From Escherichia coli (GTDB lineage Bacteria > Pseudomonadota > Gammaproteobacteria > Enterobacterales > Enterobacteriaceae), in NCBI RefSeq assembly GCF_041886205.1, contig NZ_CP169029.1: 64,000 nucleotides of DNA; one strand, given 5' to 3'. The notes under the pieces are model-generated. The model made no database searches. It was not told the DNA's origin and saw only the letters and a program-made list of their open reading frames with translations. Numbering within the stretch: position 1 is the stretch's first letter; every line of letters starts with the position of its first letter. Shown here piece by piece: positions 24,601-36,163 of the stretch. The position numbers and the translations under genes were made by a program.

Positions 24601-25228
24601 CTATCCGTTTAATCCGCGTTCTGCACAGGATGCCTCACTGGATGCCTTCGAACGCTTCTTTAAACCGGATGGCATACTGGATACCTTCTACCAGCAGAAC
24701 CTGAAGCTGTTTATCGACAATGACCTGAGTCTGGAGGATGGCGATAACAGCGTCATTATTCGCGAAGATATTATTGCGCAACTGAAAACCGCGCAGAAAA
24801 TCCGTGACATCTTCTTCAGTAAACAGAACGGTCTGGGAACATCCTTTGCCGTGGAAACGGTATCGCTCTCCGGCAACAAACGCCGCAGTGTACTGAACCT
24901 TGACGGCCAGTTAGTCGATTACAGCCAGGGGCGCAACTATACCGCCCATCTGGTCTGGCCTAACAATATGCGCGAAGGCAACGAAAGCAAACTGACGCTC
25001 ATCGGCACCAGCGGCAACGCGCCGCGCAGTATCAGCTTCAGCGGGCCGTGGGCGCAGTTCCGCCTTTTCGGGGCCGGACAACTGACCGGAGTTCAGGATG
25101 GCAACGTTACCGTGCGCTTTAGCGTGGACGCTGGCGCGATGACCTACCGTGTGCATACCGACACTGAGGATAACCCATTCAGCGGTGGGTTATTCAGCCA
25201 GTTTGGTCTGTCAGACACACTGTACTGA
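21698..25228 (+). pseudogene. tssM: TssM (IcmF-like) membrane-complex protein, several frameshifts
   Basis: N-terminal transmembrane segments, Walker A motif GPAGSGKTTLL (fragment 21967-22434), ~1170-codon span ending with 369 aa fragment 24119-25228; at least five frame changes. Confidence 0.8.
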
Positions 25229-25238
25229 GGAGGCAGGG

Positions 25239-26593
25239 ATGGATAGTAACGGACTGACACAAACTATCGTTACCGGCAGTGACCCGCGCGGGGCTGCCGG
25301 AATTCAGTGCCATCCGCGAGGAAATAAACAAAGCCAGCCACCCGTCACAGCCTGAGCTGAACTGGAAACTGGTGGAGTCGCTGGCACTGGCGATTTTTAA
25401 AGCCAACGGTGTGGATTTACACACCGCCACCTACTAGACGCTTGCCCGGACACGGACACAGGGACTGGCGGGATTCTGCGAAGGTGCGGAACTGCTGGCG
25501 GCAATGGTAAGCCACGACTGGGATAAGTTCTGGCCGCAGGGCGGCCCGGCGCGTACTGAAACGCCGGACTGGTTTAACTCCCGAACCGGCAATATTCTGC
25601 GTCAGCAAATCTCCTTTGCGGAATCCGACCTACCACTGATCTACCGCACAGAGCGGGCATTGCAGCTTATCTGCGATAAGCTCCAGCAGGTGGAACTGAA
25701 GCGCGTTCCGCGCGTGGAGAATCTGCTCTATATTTATGCAGAACACGCGTAAACGGCTTGAACCCCAGACTGAAGAGTAACACTGAGAACGCCGCACAGA
25801 CCACGGTCAGAACGCTGATTTATGCCCCGGAAACACAGGCATCTTCCACACCAGAAGCGGTAGTGCCTCCCCTGCCCGGCCTGCCTGAGATGAAAGTGGA
25901 AGTGCGCAGTCTGACAGAGAATCCCCCACAGGCCAGTGTGATAAAGCAAGGCAGTACGGTAAGAGGGTTTATCGCAGGGATCGCCTGTTCAGTGGCTGTC
26001 GCCTCAGCATTGTGGTGGTGGCAGGTCTATCCGGTGCAGCAGCAACTGTTACAGGTTAACGACACCGCTCAGGGCGCAGCAACGGTGTGGATGGCCTCAC
26101 CTGAACTCGAAAACTATGAGCGCAGGCTGCAACAACTTCTTGATACCTCCCGGTACAGCCGCTGGAAACCGGGATGCAGATGATGCGTGTTGCCGACAGT
26201 CGCTGGCCGGAAAGCCTGCAACAGCAACAGGCCTCGACACAATGGAATGAGGCACTCAAAACCCGCGCACAGAGTAGCCCGCAGTTGCGTGGCTGGTTGC
26301 AGACCCGCCAGGACTTACATGCTTTTGCAGATCTAGTGATGCAGCGCGAGAAAGAGGGACTAACCCTTTCCTATATCAAAAATGTCATCTGGCAGGCGGA
26401 GCGGGGACTGGGGCAGGAAACACCCGTTGAGTCTCTGTTGACGCAGTACCAGGATGCCCGTGCGCAGAAGCAGAATACAGATGCGCTGGAAAAACAAATT
26501 AATGAGCGACTCGAAGGCGTGTTAAGCCGCTGGCTGCTGCTGAAGAATAACGTCATGCCAGAGGCGGCAACCGGTACCACGGCCGAAAAATAA
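25239..26593 (+). pseudogene. Second ImpA_N-domain T6SS accessory protein (VasL/TagA-like), frameshifted
   Basis: Alternate-frame translation near 25.3 kb gives LPEFSAIREEINKASHPSQPELNWKLVESLALAIFKANGVDLHTATY (ImpA_N signature); followed by a hydrophobic segment (FIAGIACSVAVASALWWW) and a C-terminal region; fragments in three frames. Confidence 0.5.
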
Positions 26594-26616
26594 TTATTTA
26601 ATTAAAGGAGATTATC

Positions 26617-27099
26617 ATGGCAAATATAAGTTATTTATCTTTGAGTGGAGAGACACAAGGGCTGATTTCAGCAGGTTGCTCAACGCTTGATTCTGTCGGA
26701 AACAAAGCGCAGCCAGAACATAAAGATCGAGATCATGGTTTATGCGTTAATGCATTCCATCTCAAGAAGTCAAAATGTCAATCATCATGAATTAATTATC
26801 ACCAAACCGGTTGATAAATCCTCACCATTGCTGGCAAAAGCACTTAGTGACAATGAAAAAATGGCAATATGTGAATTTATACTCTACCGAACCAGTAAAG
26901 CGGGTATTTACCAGCCTTATTATAAAATAAATCTGTCAAAAGCCCGAATATCAAGTATTGATTTTGTCACACCGCATGCTGTCCTGGAAAAGAACTGGAA
27001 CCACAGGAGAGAATTGCCTTTATTTATGAAGATATTTCCTGGGAGCATACGTTAGCCGGTACGAATGCAATGAGTAAATGGCAGGATCGTGTACAGTAA
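26617..27099 (+). pseudogene. hcp: Second Hcp (TssD) copy, two apparent frameshifts
   Basis: Strong RBS (aaggag) then MANISYLSLSGETQGLISAGCSTLDSVGNKAQPEH; continues in other frames as ...SISRSQNVNHHELIITKPVDKSSPLLAKALSDNEKMAICEFILYRTSKAG... and ...RIAFIYEDISWEHTLAGTNAMSKWQDRVQ*, all matching Hcp. Confidence 0.8.
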
Positions 27100-27142
27100 C
27101 TTACTGTAATAACATAATAAATTACTATTGCGGAGAGATAAA

Positions 27143-28039
27143 ATGGCTGGTTTAAGGAATAACAACAACACACAGAATGCACAGTGGGCTGATTATGTGG
27201 GTGACATTCTTCGGGGGGCTCAGCCGATAAACCAGCTAGTACCTCAGCACCCTTATCTTAACGACGTCCCACTCATTGATGAGTTAAGGCATCAGAACAC
27301 TCATCATGTTATTCTCTTGACACTTGATGTTGCAAAAAAAATACTCAGCCCAATAACATCATTTGATTACATTCATTTTATCACTACACATCCTTCAGGT
27401 ATAAAAGATACACTCGCCTGGTTAGTTAACGCGGGTAAATTAATGACTGAGTTTGATGACAATGGGAAAATTATATTTAACCTTAATGCCTTAAAGTATA
27501 CAAAAGCAAGTTACTTTGAAATACTTGGAGAGAAATATATAAAAATCACAACATCCAGCCCCTGGCTTTTAGAAAAGCTCGGTAAATATATTTTCTCTTC
27601 ACGAGCGCCTCAAGTTCTGGAACTCGCTATTGGCTGGCGAGGAGCTTTATCTGAATCAATAAAAGGAGTTAAGTTCTGTATCTGGTTTTCAGTAGCCTGG
27701 AGAACCATAGAATTTATTATGAGTTCAGAGCGAGATCTGGTTAATTTTCTTGGCGATTTTTCAATGGATGTGGCCAAAGCAGTTATAGCCGGTGGTGTTG
27801 CAACCGCTATTGGAAGCCTGGCTTCTTTTGCCTGTGTTAGCTTTGGCTTTCCAGTAATTCTTGTCGGAGGAGCAATTTTACTGACAGGGATAGTGTGTAC
27901 AGTTGTTTTAAATGAAATCGATGCTCAATGCCATTTATCAGAAAAATTAAAATATGCAATTAGAGATGGACTAAAACGGCAACAGGAACTTGATAAATGG
28001 AAAAGGGAAAACATGACTCCATTTATGTATGTTCTTTAA
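27143..28039 (+). CDS. Hypothetical protein with C-terminal glycine-zipper transmembrane hairpin; candidate Hcp-linked membrane-targeting effector
   Basis: Intact ORF (frame opens at 27128; ATG 27143 has a better RBS ggagag); AT-rich; C-terminal hydrophobic helices AVIAGGVATAIGSLASFACVSF and FPVILVGGAILLTGIVCTVVL; immediately downstream of hcp2. Confidence 0.6.
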   Translation: MAGLRNNNNTQNAQWADYVGDILRGAQPINQLVPQHPYLNDVPLIDELRHQNTHHVILLTLDVAKKILSPITSFDYIHFITTHPSGIKDTLAWLVNAGKLMTEFDDNGKIIFNLNALKYTKASYFEILGEKYIKITTSSPWLLEKLGKYIFSSRAPQVLELAIGWRGALSESIKGVKFCIWFSVAWRTIEFIMSSERDLVNFLGDFSMDVAKAVIAGGVATAIGSLASFACVSFGFPVILVGGAILLTGIVCTVVLNEIDAQCHLSEKLKYAIRDGLKRQQELDKWKRENMTPFMYVL

Positions 28040-28067
28040 CACTCCACCCGTGATATGAGGATTAACC

Positions 28068-28433
28068 ATGCGTTTACATGTTAAATTAAAAGAGTTTCTT
28101 TCGATGTTTTTTATGGCCATATTATTTTTCCCTGCATTCAATGCTTCTTTGTTTTTTACCGGAGTTAAACCTCTATATTCAATAATAAAATGCTCCACGG
28201 AAATATTTTATGATTGGAGAATGTTGATTCTGTGCTTTGGTTTCATGTCGTTTTCCTTTTTAAATATTCATGTAATTTTACTTACGATAATAAAATCATT
28301 CTTAATCAAAAAAACGAAGGTAGTCAATTTCGCCACAGACATAAACAATACAGCTAACTCTTATATTTTTACTAATAGCTATCGTAATAGCACCTTTAAT
28401 AGCTCCTTTTGTCACAGGATATGTCAATGCTAA
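28068..28433 (+). CDS. Small hypothetical inner-membrane protein (121 aa); candidate immunity protein
   Basis: Intact ORF with RBS (gagga) and two hydrophobic segments (FFMAILFFPAFNASLFF; MLILCFGFMSFSFLNIHVILLTII); directly follows the putative effector gene. Confidence 0.5.
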   Translation: MRLHVKLKEFLSMFFMAILFFPAFNASLFFTGVKPLYSIIKCSTEIFYDWRMLILCFGFMSFSFLNIHVILLTIIKSFLIKKTKVVNFATDINNTANSYIFTNSYRNSTFNSSFCHRICQC

Positions 28434-28703
28434 TTATCACCCCTGCGGTAATAATGCGGGGATTTTCCCAGCGAGCAATCTGATATTAAAAATGGCATGA
28501 AATGTAGTAACTGAATATATTTCTCGCAAGGAAGATTCAGCAGTTAAATAACTAAATATTCTAAAACAAACAGTTTTTAACTCCGGTATTCCATGTCCTT
28601 TCTTGCACTGTCTTTGTCAAGAAAGATTTCTTATGCAAAGAATTTTGTATTATTGCCGCCCAGAGATTCCTGGCGGCAGATAGAATCTATTATTGATAGC
28701 GAG

Positions 28704-29486
28704 TTAACCAAATCTTTTCACCATCGCTTTATAGGTCTTTTGCTTAAGTTGCATGATTTGCTGCTCTGTCATATCAGTCGTACTGGCTTCATTCTTGTCG
28801 GGCAATGGTGGAAGCACTTTATATTCATACTTCACCGGCGACCAGGTACGTAGCCCACTCACCTGTTGCCACATCCACCAGCGTGAAACGTACCAGGTAG
28901 CGCAGGGAGATAGCGTCGGTGAGTTTTTCATTTTTATAGTCGGACCATACTGTTGATTTCAGCGCAGAGTCATATTTTCCTGTCTGCAACGTATCCTGGA
29001 AAACAATAATCGCTTTCTGATGCCCTTTTGCAGCCCACAAAACGCAGTGCCTGCATCCAGTTCATATTCTCAGCACTGGCAACATCCTCGTTCTCATTTT
29101 TATCTTTGTTTTTGTTACAAGTCAGAGGCTTTTGCCTGTCCGGGATACTCAGAAAAGAACGTGGAAACAGTATAATATTTTCGCATCTCCTCCTGCATAA
29201 TGGTTTCCGGTGCGCGGTTGCCGGATTGAACAAGTATTACAGGAGAATTAAGGGGAACGCGGAACTCATCTCCATCAAGCGCAGCTTGAATATCCTCTTC
29301 GGATACGGCCAGAGTGGTTTCATTACCGAATAAATCTTTGTCTGTCAGTTGCTGGGGAGTGTTTTTATTAATATTACTTTGTGTGACTTGAGCTTTTTTC
29401 TTCTTTTCATCAATAGAAGATTCAGAGGCACATCCTGCAAGCAGCGAGAATAACACACATATGCAACAAAGCTTTTTTGAATTCAT
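28704..29486 (-). pseudogene. yafT: Lipoprotein YafT-like gene adjacent to aspV, frameshifted
   Basis: Minus-strand ORF from 29486 begins [21 protein letters not shown] (lipobox); continues in other frames down to 28704 (~261 codons total); position next to tRNA-Asp as for K-12 yafT. Confidence 0.65.
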
Positions 29487-29752
29487 AATTGGACACTCCC
29501 TCGCCTGTCATAATCATGGTAATGTTTAGCTAACGATTTTTAATTATATACTCCACTTGAATCAGAACAAACAAAAATAACAGTATATATAAATTCATTA
29601 AATCAATAGAAAAATGAAAATCATAACATTCAAATATATTTAAATTGAATGATTCGATAGTATGATTAAATATTAATGATATGGTCTACCATATGTGATT
29701 AACACATTTACAGCATAACAAAACCATAGACCGAAGAAATAGCGGGATTTAA

Positions 29753-29789
29753 ATGCAAAAAAAACCGCAAAATTAAAAATCTTGCGGTT
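29753..29789 (-). terminator. Rho-independent terminator downstream of aspV
   Basis: Inverted repeat aaccgcaa / ttgcggtt (29763-29789) followed on the minus strand by a T-run. Confidence 0.6.
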
Positions 29790-29816
29790 CTCTGAACTCA
29801 TTTTCATGAGTGAATC

Positions 29817-29893
29817 TGGCGGAACGGACGGGACTCGAACCCGCGACCCCCTGCGTGACAGGCAGGTATTCTAACCGACTGAACTACCGCTCC
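29817..29893 (-). tRNA. aspV: tRNA-Asp (GUC)
   Basis: 77 nt; reverse complement reads GGAGCGGTAGTTCAGTCGGTTAGAATACCTGCCTGTCACGCAGGGGGTCGCGGGTTCGAGTCCCGTCCGTTCCGCCA. Confidence 0.97.
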
Positions 29894-30025
29894 GCGTTGT
29901 GTTCCGTTGGGAACGAGGCGAATATTACGGATTGCCTCGTCCTTCGTCAATGGTTTTTCTCATCTTTTGAATCATTTGCTGCAAAAATCGCCCAAGTCGC
30001 TATTTTTATCGCCTTTTACATGTAT

Positions 30026-30757
30026 TTATGCCCGCCAGAGGCAGCTTCCGCCTTTCTTCTGCACCAGATCGAGACGGGCTTCATGTGCTGCAAGCTCGTC
30101 ATCTGTCGCAAAAACAACGCGTAACTTACTTGCCTGACGTACAATGCGCTGAATTGTTGCTTCACCTTGTTGCTGCTGTGTCTCTCCTTCCATCGCAAAA
30201 GCCATCGACGTTTGACCACCGGTCATCGCCAGATAAACTTCCGCAAGGATCTGGGCATCGAGTAATGCCCCGTGCAGCGTTCGTTTACTGTTATCTATTT
30301 CGTAGCGGGCACATAACGCATCGAGGCTGTTGCGTTTACCGGGAAACATTTTCCTCGCCACCGCAAGGCTATCGGTGACCTTACAGAAGGTATTAGTCTT
30401 CGGAATATCGCGCTTAAGCAACGAGAACTCGTAGTCCATAAAGCCGATATCGAACGCTGCGTTATGGATCACCAACTCCGCGCCGCGGATATAGTCCATG
30501 AACTCATCGGCTACTTCGGCAAACGTGGGCTTATCGAGCAAAAATTCATCGGCAATACCATGTACGCCAAAGGCTTCCGGATCCACCAGCCGATCGGGTT
30601 TGAGATAAACATGGAAGTTATTGCCCGTCAGGCGACGGTTCACCACTTCAACGGCCCCAATCTCAATGATCTTGTGGCCTTCATAGTGCGCACCAATCTG
30701 GTTCATACCGGTGGTTTCGGTATCGAGAACGATCTGGCGTGTAATTGCAGTGCTCAT
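30026..30757 (-). CDS. dnaQ: DNA polymerase III epsilon subunit (3'-5' proofreading exonuclease)
   Basis: 243 aa from [19 protein letters not shown]...; DEDDh exonuclease motifs; divergent from rnhA as in E. coli. Confidence 0.95.
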
Positions 30758-30821
30758 AGCGGTCATTTATGTCAGACTTGTCATTTTACAGTTCGATTCA
30801 ATTACAGGAAGTCTACCAGAG

Positions 30822-31289
30822 ATGCTTAAACAGGTAGAAATTTTCACCGATGGTTCGTGTCTGGGTAATCCTGGACCTGGGGGTTACGGCGCTATTTTAC
30901 GCTATCGCGGACGCGAGAAAACCTTTAGCGCAGGCTACACCCGCACCACCAACAACCGTATGGAGTTGATGGCCGCTATTGTCGCGCTGGAGGCGTTAAA
31001 AGAACATTGCGAAGTCATTTTGAGTACCGACAGCCAGTATGTCCGCCAGGGTATCACCCAGTGGATCCATAACTGGAAAAAACGTGGCTGGAAAACAGCA
31101 GACAAAAAACCAGTAAAAAATGTCGATCTCTGGCAACGTCTTGATGCTGCATTGGGGCAGCATCAAATCAAATGGGAATGGGTTAAAGGCCATGCCGGAC
31201 ACCCGGAAAACGAACGCTGTGATGAACTGGCTCGTGCCGCGGCGATGAATCCCACACTGGAAGATACGGGCTACCAAGTCGAAGTTTAA
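30822..31289 (+). CDS. rnhA: Ribonuclease HI
   Basis: 155 aa from [28 protein letters not shown]...; the ORF track's upstream extension overlaps dnaQ and is rejected. Confidence 0.95.
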
Positions 31290-32008
31290 GCCTGTGGTTT
31301 ACGACATTGCCGGGTGGCTCCAACCGCCTGGCGAATTCGTGGCTTGTTTTTACTCTGTTTCATCGGATTTAGCGTTAAAGGAATAGTCCGTTTCCGGGCA
31401 ACAATAAGTTGTAAGCAACCAAGCGCAGGAATATGCGCATTCAATAGTTTTCCTCCGTGTTTGTTCCACGGGAGAACGTGGAAACGGCTGGCGTGTAGCA
31501 CTTCAAAATTCAACAAAGAGAGCCAGTCCAGTTGCCGCATCAGAGTAAACATCCGGCTGTTATAGGGCGAGGTTTTTCGCAATACCGGCACAAGTTTGCG
31601 TAATCCCATTAAACTGATGGGATTGAAGCCACTAATCACCAGCCAGCCATCATCAATCAGTACCCGATCGGCTTCACGTAATAAACGATGCGGATCGGTG
31701 CACCACGGCAATGTATGTGCCAGTAGACAAACATCAACGGATTTATCGGCAAAAGGAAGATGAAGTGGATCCGCCTGCACCTGGACGGGCATTCCTTGCG
31801 CAGAAACATTCACTTGATGAGAAACCGCGCACGCTTCGCAATTGATTTCTGCGCTTAAATTGCCAATCTTAAGCAGATGAAAACCATACATTTTAGTGAA
31901 CCACGGGTTGAGCTGGCGCTCCAGCGCCTTGCGATAAAGCTCTCCCCAGGGCAAATCGCCCCAGCGATCAGGAGCCACGACAGTTTGAGGGACTCTTGCC
32001 GGTTTCAT
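31286..32008 (-). CDS. yafS: SAM-dependent methyltransferase YafS
   Basis: ORF 31286-32026 minus; start chosen at MKPARVPQ... (240 aa); synteny between rnhA and gloB. Confidence 0.85.
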
Positions 32009-32038
32009 CACAACCTTCCGTTTCACACTGAGAGGTAA

Positions 32039-32797
<759 letters not shown>

Positions 32798-32868
32798 TAA
32801 AACTTTCTTGTCATCGGCTCCGTTCGCCGTTATGATCGGTCGTCTTTTAAGCAACTATTGACACACAC

Positions 32869-34227
32869 ATGAAGGCAAAAGCGATATTACTCGCCTCTGT
32901 CCTGCTCGTGGGTTGCCAGAGTACCGGCAACGTTCAACAGCACGCACAGAGCCTTTCTGCAGCTGGTCAAGGGGAAGCAGCAAAGTTTACAAGTCAGGCA
33001 CGATGGATGGACGATGGGACGTCTATCGCGCCAGATGGTGACTTGTGGGCTTTCATTGGCGACGAGCTAAAGATGGGAATTCCGGAAAATGACCGGATTC
33101 GCGAACAGAAACAGAAATATTTACGCAATAAGAGCTATCTCCACGATGTAACTTTACGGGCAGAGCCGTATATGTACTGGATAGCCGGGCAAGTTAAAAA
33201 ACGTAACATGCCTATGGAACTGGTACTACTACCCATAGTGGAGAGCGCTTTTGATCCTCACGCAACGTCTGGCGCCAATGCCGCAGGCATCTGGCAGATC
33301 ATTCCGAGCACGGGGCGCAATTATGGTTTGAAACAGACCCGCAATTATGACGCGCGTCGCGATGTTGTTGCTTCAACAACTGCCGCGCTGAACATGATGC
33401 AGCGTCTGAACAAGATGTTTGACGGCGACTGGCTTCTGACCGTAGCGGCTTATAACAGCGGCGAAGGTCGGGTCATGAAGGCAATTAAAACGAACAAAGC
33501 GCGTGGGAAATCCACGGACTTCTGGTCGTTACCGTTGCCGCAGGAAACGAAGCAGTACGTGCCTAAAATGCTGGCATTGAGTGATATTCTCAAAAACAGC
33601 AAGCGTTATGGCGTACGTCTGCCAACGACCGATGAAAGCCGTGCTCTGGCGCGTGTGCACCTGAGCAGCCCGGTTGAAATGGCGAAGGTTGCAGATATGG
33701 CGGGGATTTCCGTCAGCAAGCTGAAGACATTCAACGCTGGCGTGAAAGGCTCCACGCTGGGCGCAAGTGGCCCGCAGTACGTGATGGTGCCAAAGAAGCA
33801 TGCAGATCAACTGCGTGAATCTCTGGCTTCAGGCGAAATTGCTGCTGTACAGTCGACGCTGGTTGCCGACAATACGCCGCTTAACAGCCGTGTTTACACC
33901 GTACGCTCTGGCGACACGCTTTCAAGTATCGCTTCACGTCTCGGCGTAAGCACCAAAGATTTGCAGCAGTGGAACAAACTGCGCGGATCTAAGCTGAAGC
34001 CAGGCCAAAGTTTGACGATTGGTGCAGGCAGTAGCGCACAGCGGTTGGCAAACAACAGCGATAGCATTACGTATCGTGTGCGCAAAGGCGATTCGCTTTC
34101 AAGCATTGCTAAACGCCACGGCGTGAACATCAAAGATGTGATGCGCTGGAACAGCGACACTGCGAATCTGCAACCAGGCGATAAGCTGACGTTGTTTGTG
34201 AAAAACAACAACATGCCAGATTCCTGA
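32869..34227 (+). CDS. mltD: Membrane-bound lytic murein transglycosylase D
   Basis: 452 aa; lipoprotein signal (LLVGC), transglycosylase domain and C-terminal LysM repeats (YTVRSGDTLSSIA..., YRVRKGDSLSSIA...). Confidence 0.93.
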   Translation: MKAKAILLASVLLVGCQSTGNVQQHAQSLSAAGQGEAAKFTSQARWMDDGTSIAPDGDLWAFIGDELKMGIPENDRIREQKQKYLRNKSYLHDVTLRAEPYMYWIAGQVKKRNMPMELVLLPIVESAFDPHATSGANAAGIWQIIPSTGRNYGLKQTRNYDARRDVVASTTAALNMMQRLNKMFDGDWLLTVAAYNSGEGRVMKAIKTNKARGKSTDFWSLPLPQETKQYVPKMLALSDILKNSKRYGVRLPTTDESRALARVHLSSPVEMAKVADMAGISVSKLKTFNAGVKGSTLGASGPQYVMVPKKHADQLRESLASGEIAAVQSTLVADNTPLNSRVYTVRSGDTLSSIASRLGVSTKDLQQWNKLRGSKLKPGQSLTIGAGSSAQRLANNSDSITYRVRKGDSLSSIAKRHGVNIKDVMRWNSDTANLQPGDKLTLFVKNNNMPDS

Positions 34228-34241
34228 CAAACCAGATAATA

Positions 34242-34274
34242 AAAAGGCACCGATTCCCCCGGTGCCTTTTTTAT
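34242..34274. terminator. Bidirectional rho-independent terminator between convergent mltD and yafE
   Basis: Stem ggcaccg / cggtgcc with 7 nt loop, flanked by A-run upstream and T-run downstream. Confidence 0.7.
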
Positions 34275-35045
34275 TTATGCCGCTTTATGTGCTTCTACCA
34301 TGATGATATCACTGGTGAAAGAGCCATCATTCTGCAAGGAAAAATACGTTCTCACCTCTGTCGATGCGCTCTGTTGGTAAATGCGAATAGCGTCTACTAA
34401 CGCTTCTGGCGTACGCATTCTCACGACCCATGAAGAAAATTCCAGCGGTAACTTATCTGTAATTAAATTATCAACTATCAGATTGGCTTCATTGATTAAC
34501 GTCAACCACTCACCGCTGGCGTAGTTTCGTACGTGAGAGGTATCGCGTAATGCTTCTACCGTCTGTAACCAGATGTCGCGCACTGGGTGGCCCGGAGACA
34601 TTACGTCCATCACAATCAGCCTACCGCCAGGTTTCAATATCCTATTCACTTCACGCAGTGCTGCACCAACATCATGCCAGTGATGGGCAGAATAACGGCT
34701 GATAACAATATCAAATGCGTTATCGGCAAATGGCAGACTTTCGGCATAACCCTGGCGGGTGGTGATATTTTTCAGTTGCCGGGCTTCGGCAGCTTGTGCC
34801 ACGACATCCAGCATTTGGGCAGATAAGTCATACGCCACCACCGCGCTCACGTTTTGCGCAGCGACAAAGCTGGCATGCCCTGCTCCGCAGCCCATATCAA
34901 GTACACTTGCATCAGGATAATCAGCCAGACGCACCGCCAGGCGCTGTAAATCTCGTCCGGATGCATGTACGGTACTAGTCAGATATTCGCTGGCTTGAGA
35001 GCTAAACTGCTTTTCTACGTGGTCATGGTGGGATTGTGTTGTCAT
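34275..35045 (-). CDS. yafE: Class I SAM-dependent methyltransferase YafE
   Basis: 256 aa; SAM-binding motif VLDMGCGAGH; synteny between mltD and yafD. Confidence 0.88.
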   Translation of the reverse strand: MTTQSHHDHVEKQFSSQASEYLTSTVHASGRDLQRLAVRLADYPDASVLDMGCGAGHASFVAAQNVSAVVAYDLSAQMLDVVAQAAEARQLKNITTRQGYAESLPFADNAFDIVISRYSAHHWHDVGAALREVNRILKPGGRLIVMDVMSPGHPVRDIWLQTVEALRDTSHVRNYASGEWLTLINEANLIVDNLITDKLPLEFSSWVVRMRTPEALVDAIRIYQQSASTEVRTYFSLQNDGSFTSDIIMVEAHKAA

Positions 35046-35122
35046 TGCGCTGTCCTTTTGTTGTTTGAGTATAAAAGGGCAGCGCCAAACGTTGGTCTGC
35101 CCTGTGGCAGACCTGACATACC

Positions 35123-35974
<852 letters not shown>

Positions 35975-36163
35975 CTACTGTTATAGGGATTTTAGCTCAC
36001 TCTTTCAACGAGCAATTGTATATTGTTATGTAAGCAAGTGCTTACACCGGTCAGAATTTTGCTCATTATTGAGAACATTAAATCGGATGACATATCACGC
36101 ATCCTGATGGTTTAATGACAAATAAATTCAAAATATCTCTTCTATTTTGCAACAGGAGCAAAA

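Noticed and set aside
28434-28703. Possible terminator hairpins after the 121 aa ORF and after yafT
   Set aside because: Stems are short or imperfect and lack a clear T-run; not convincing enough to annotate
30711-30821. Upstream extension of rnhA overlapping dnaQ
   Set aside because: The start at MLKQVEIF gives the canonical 155 aa RNase HI; the extension would overlap the divergent dnaQ coding region
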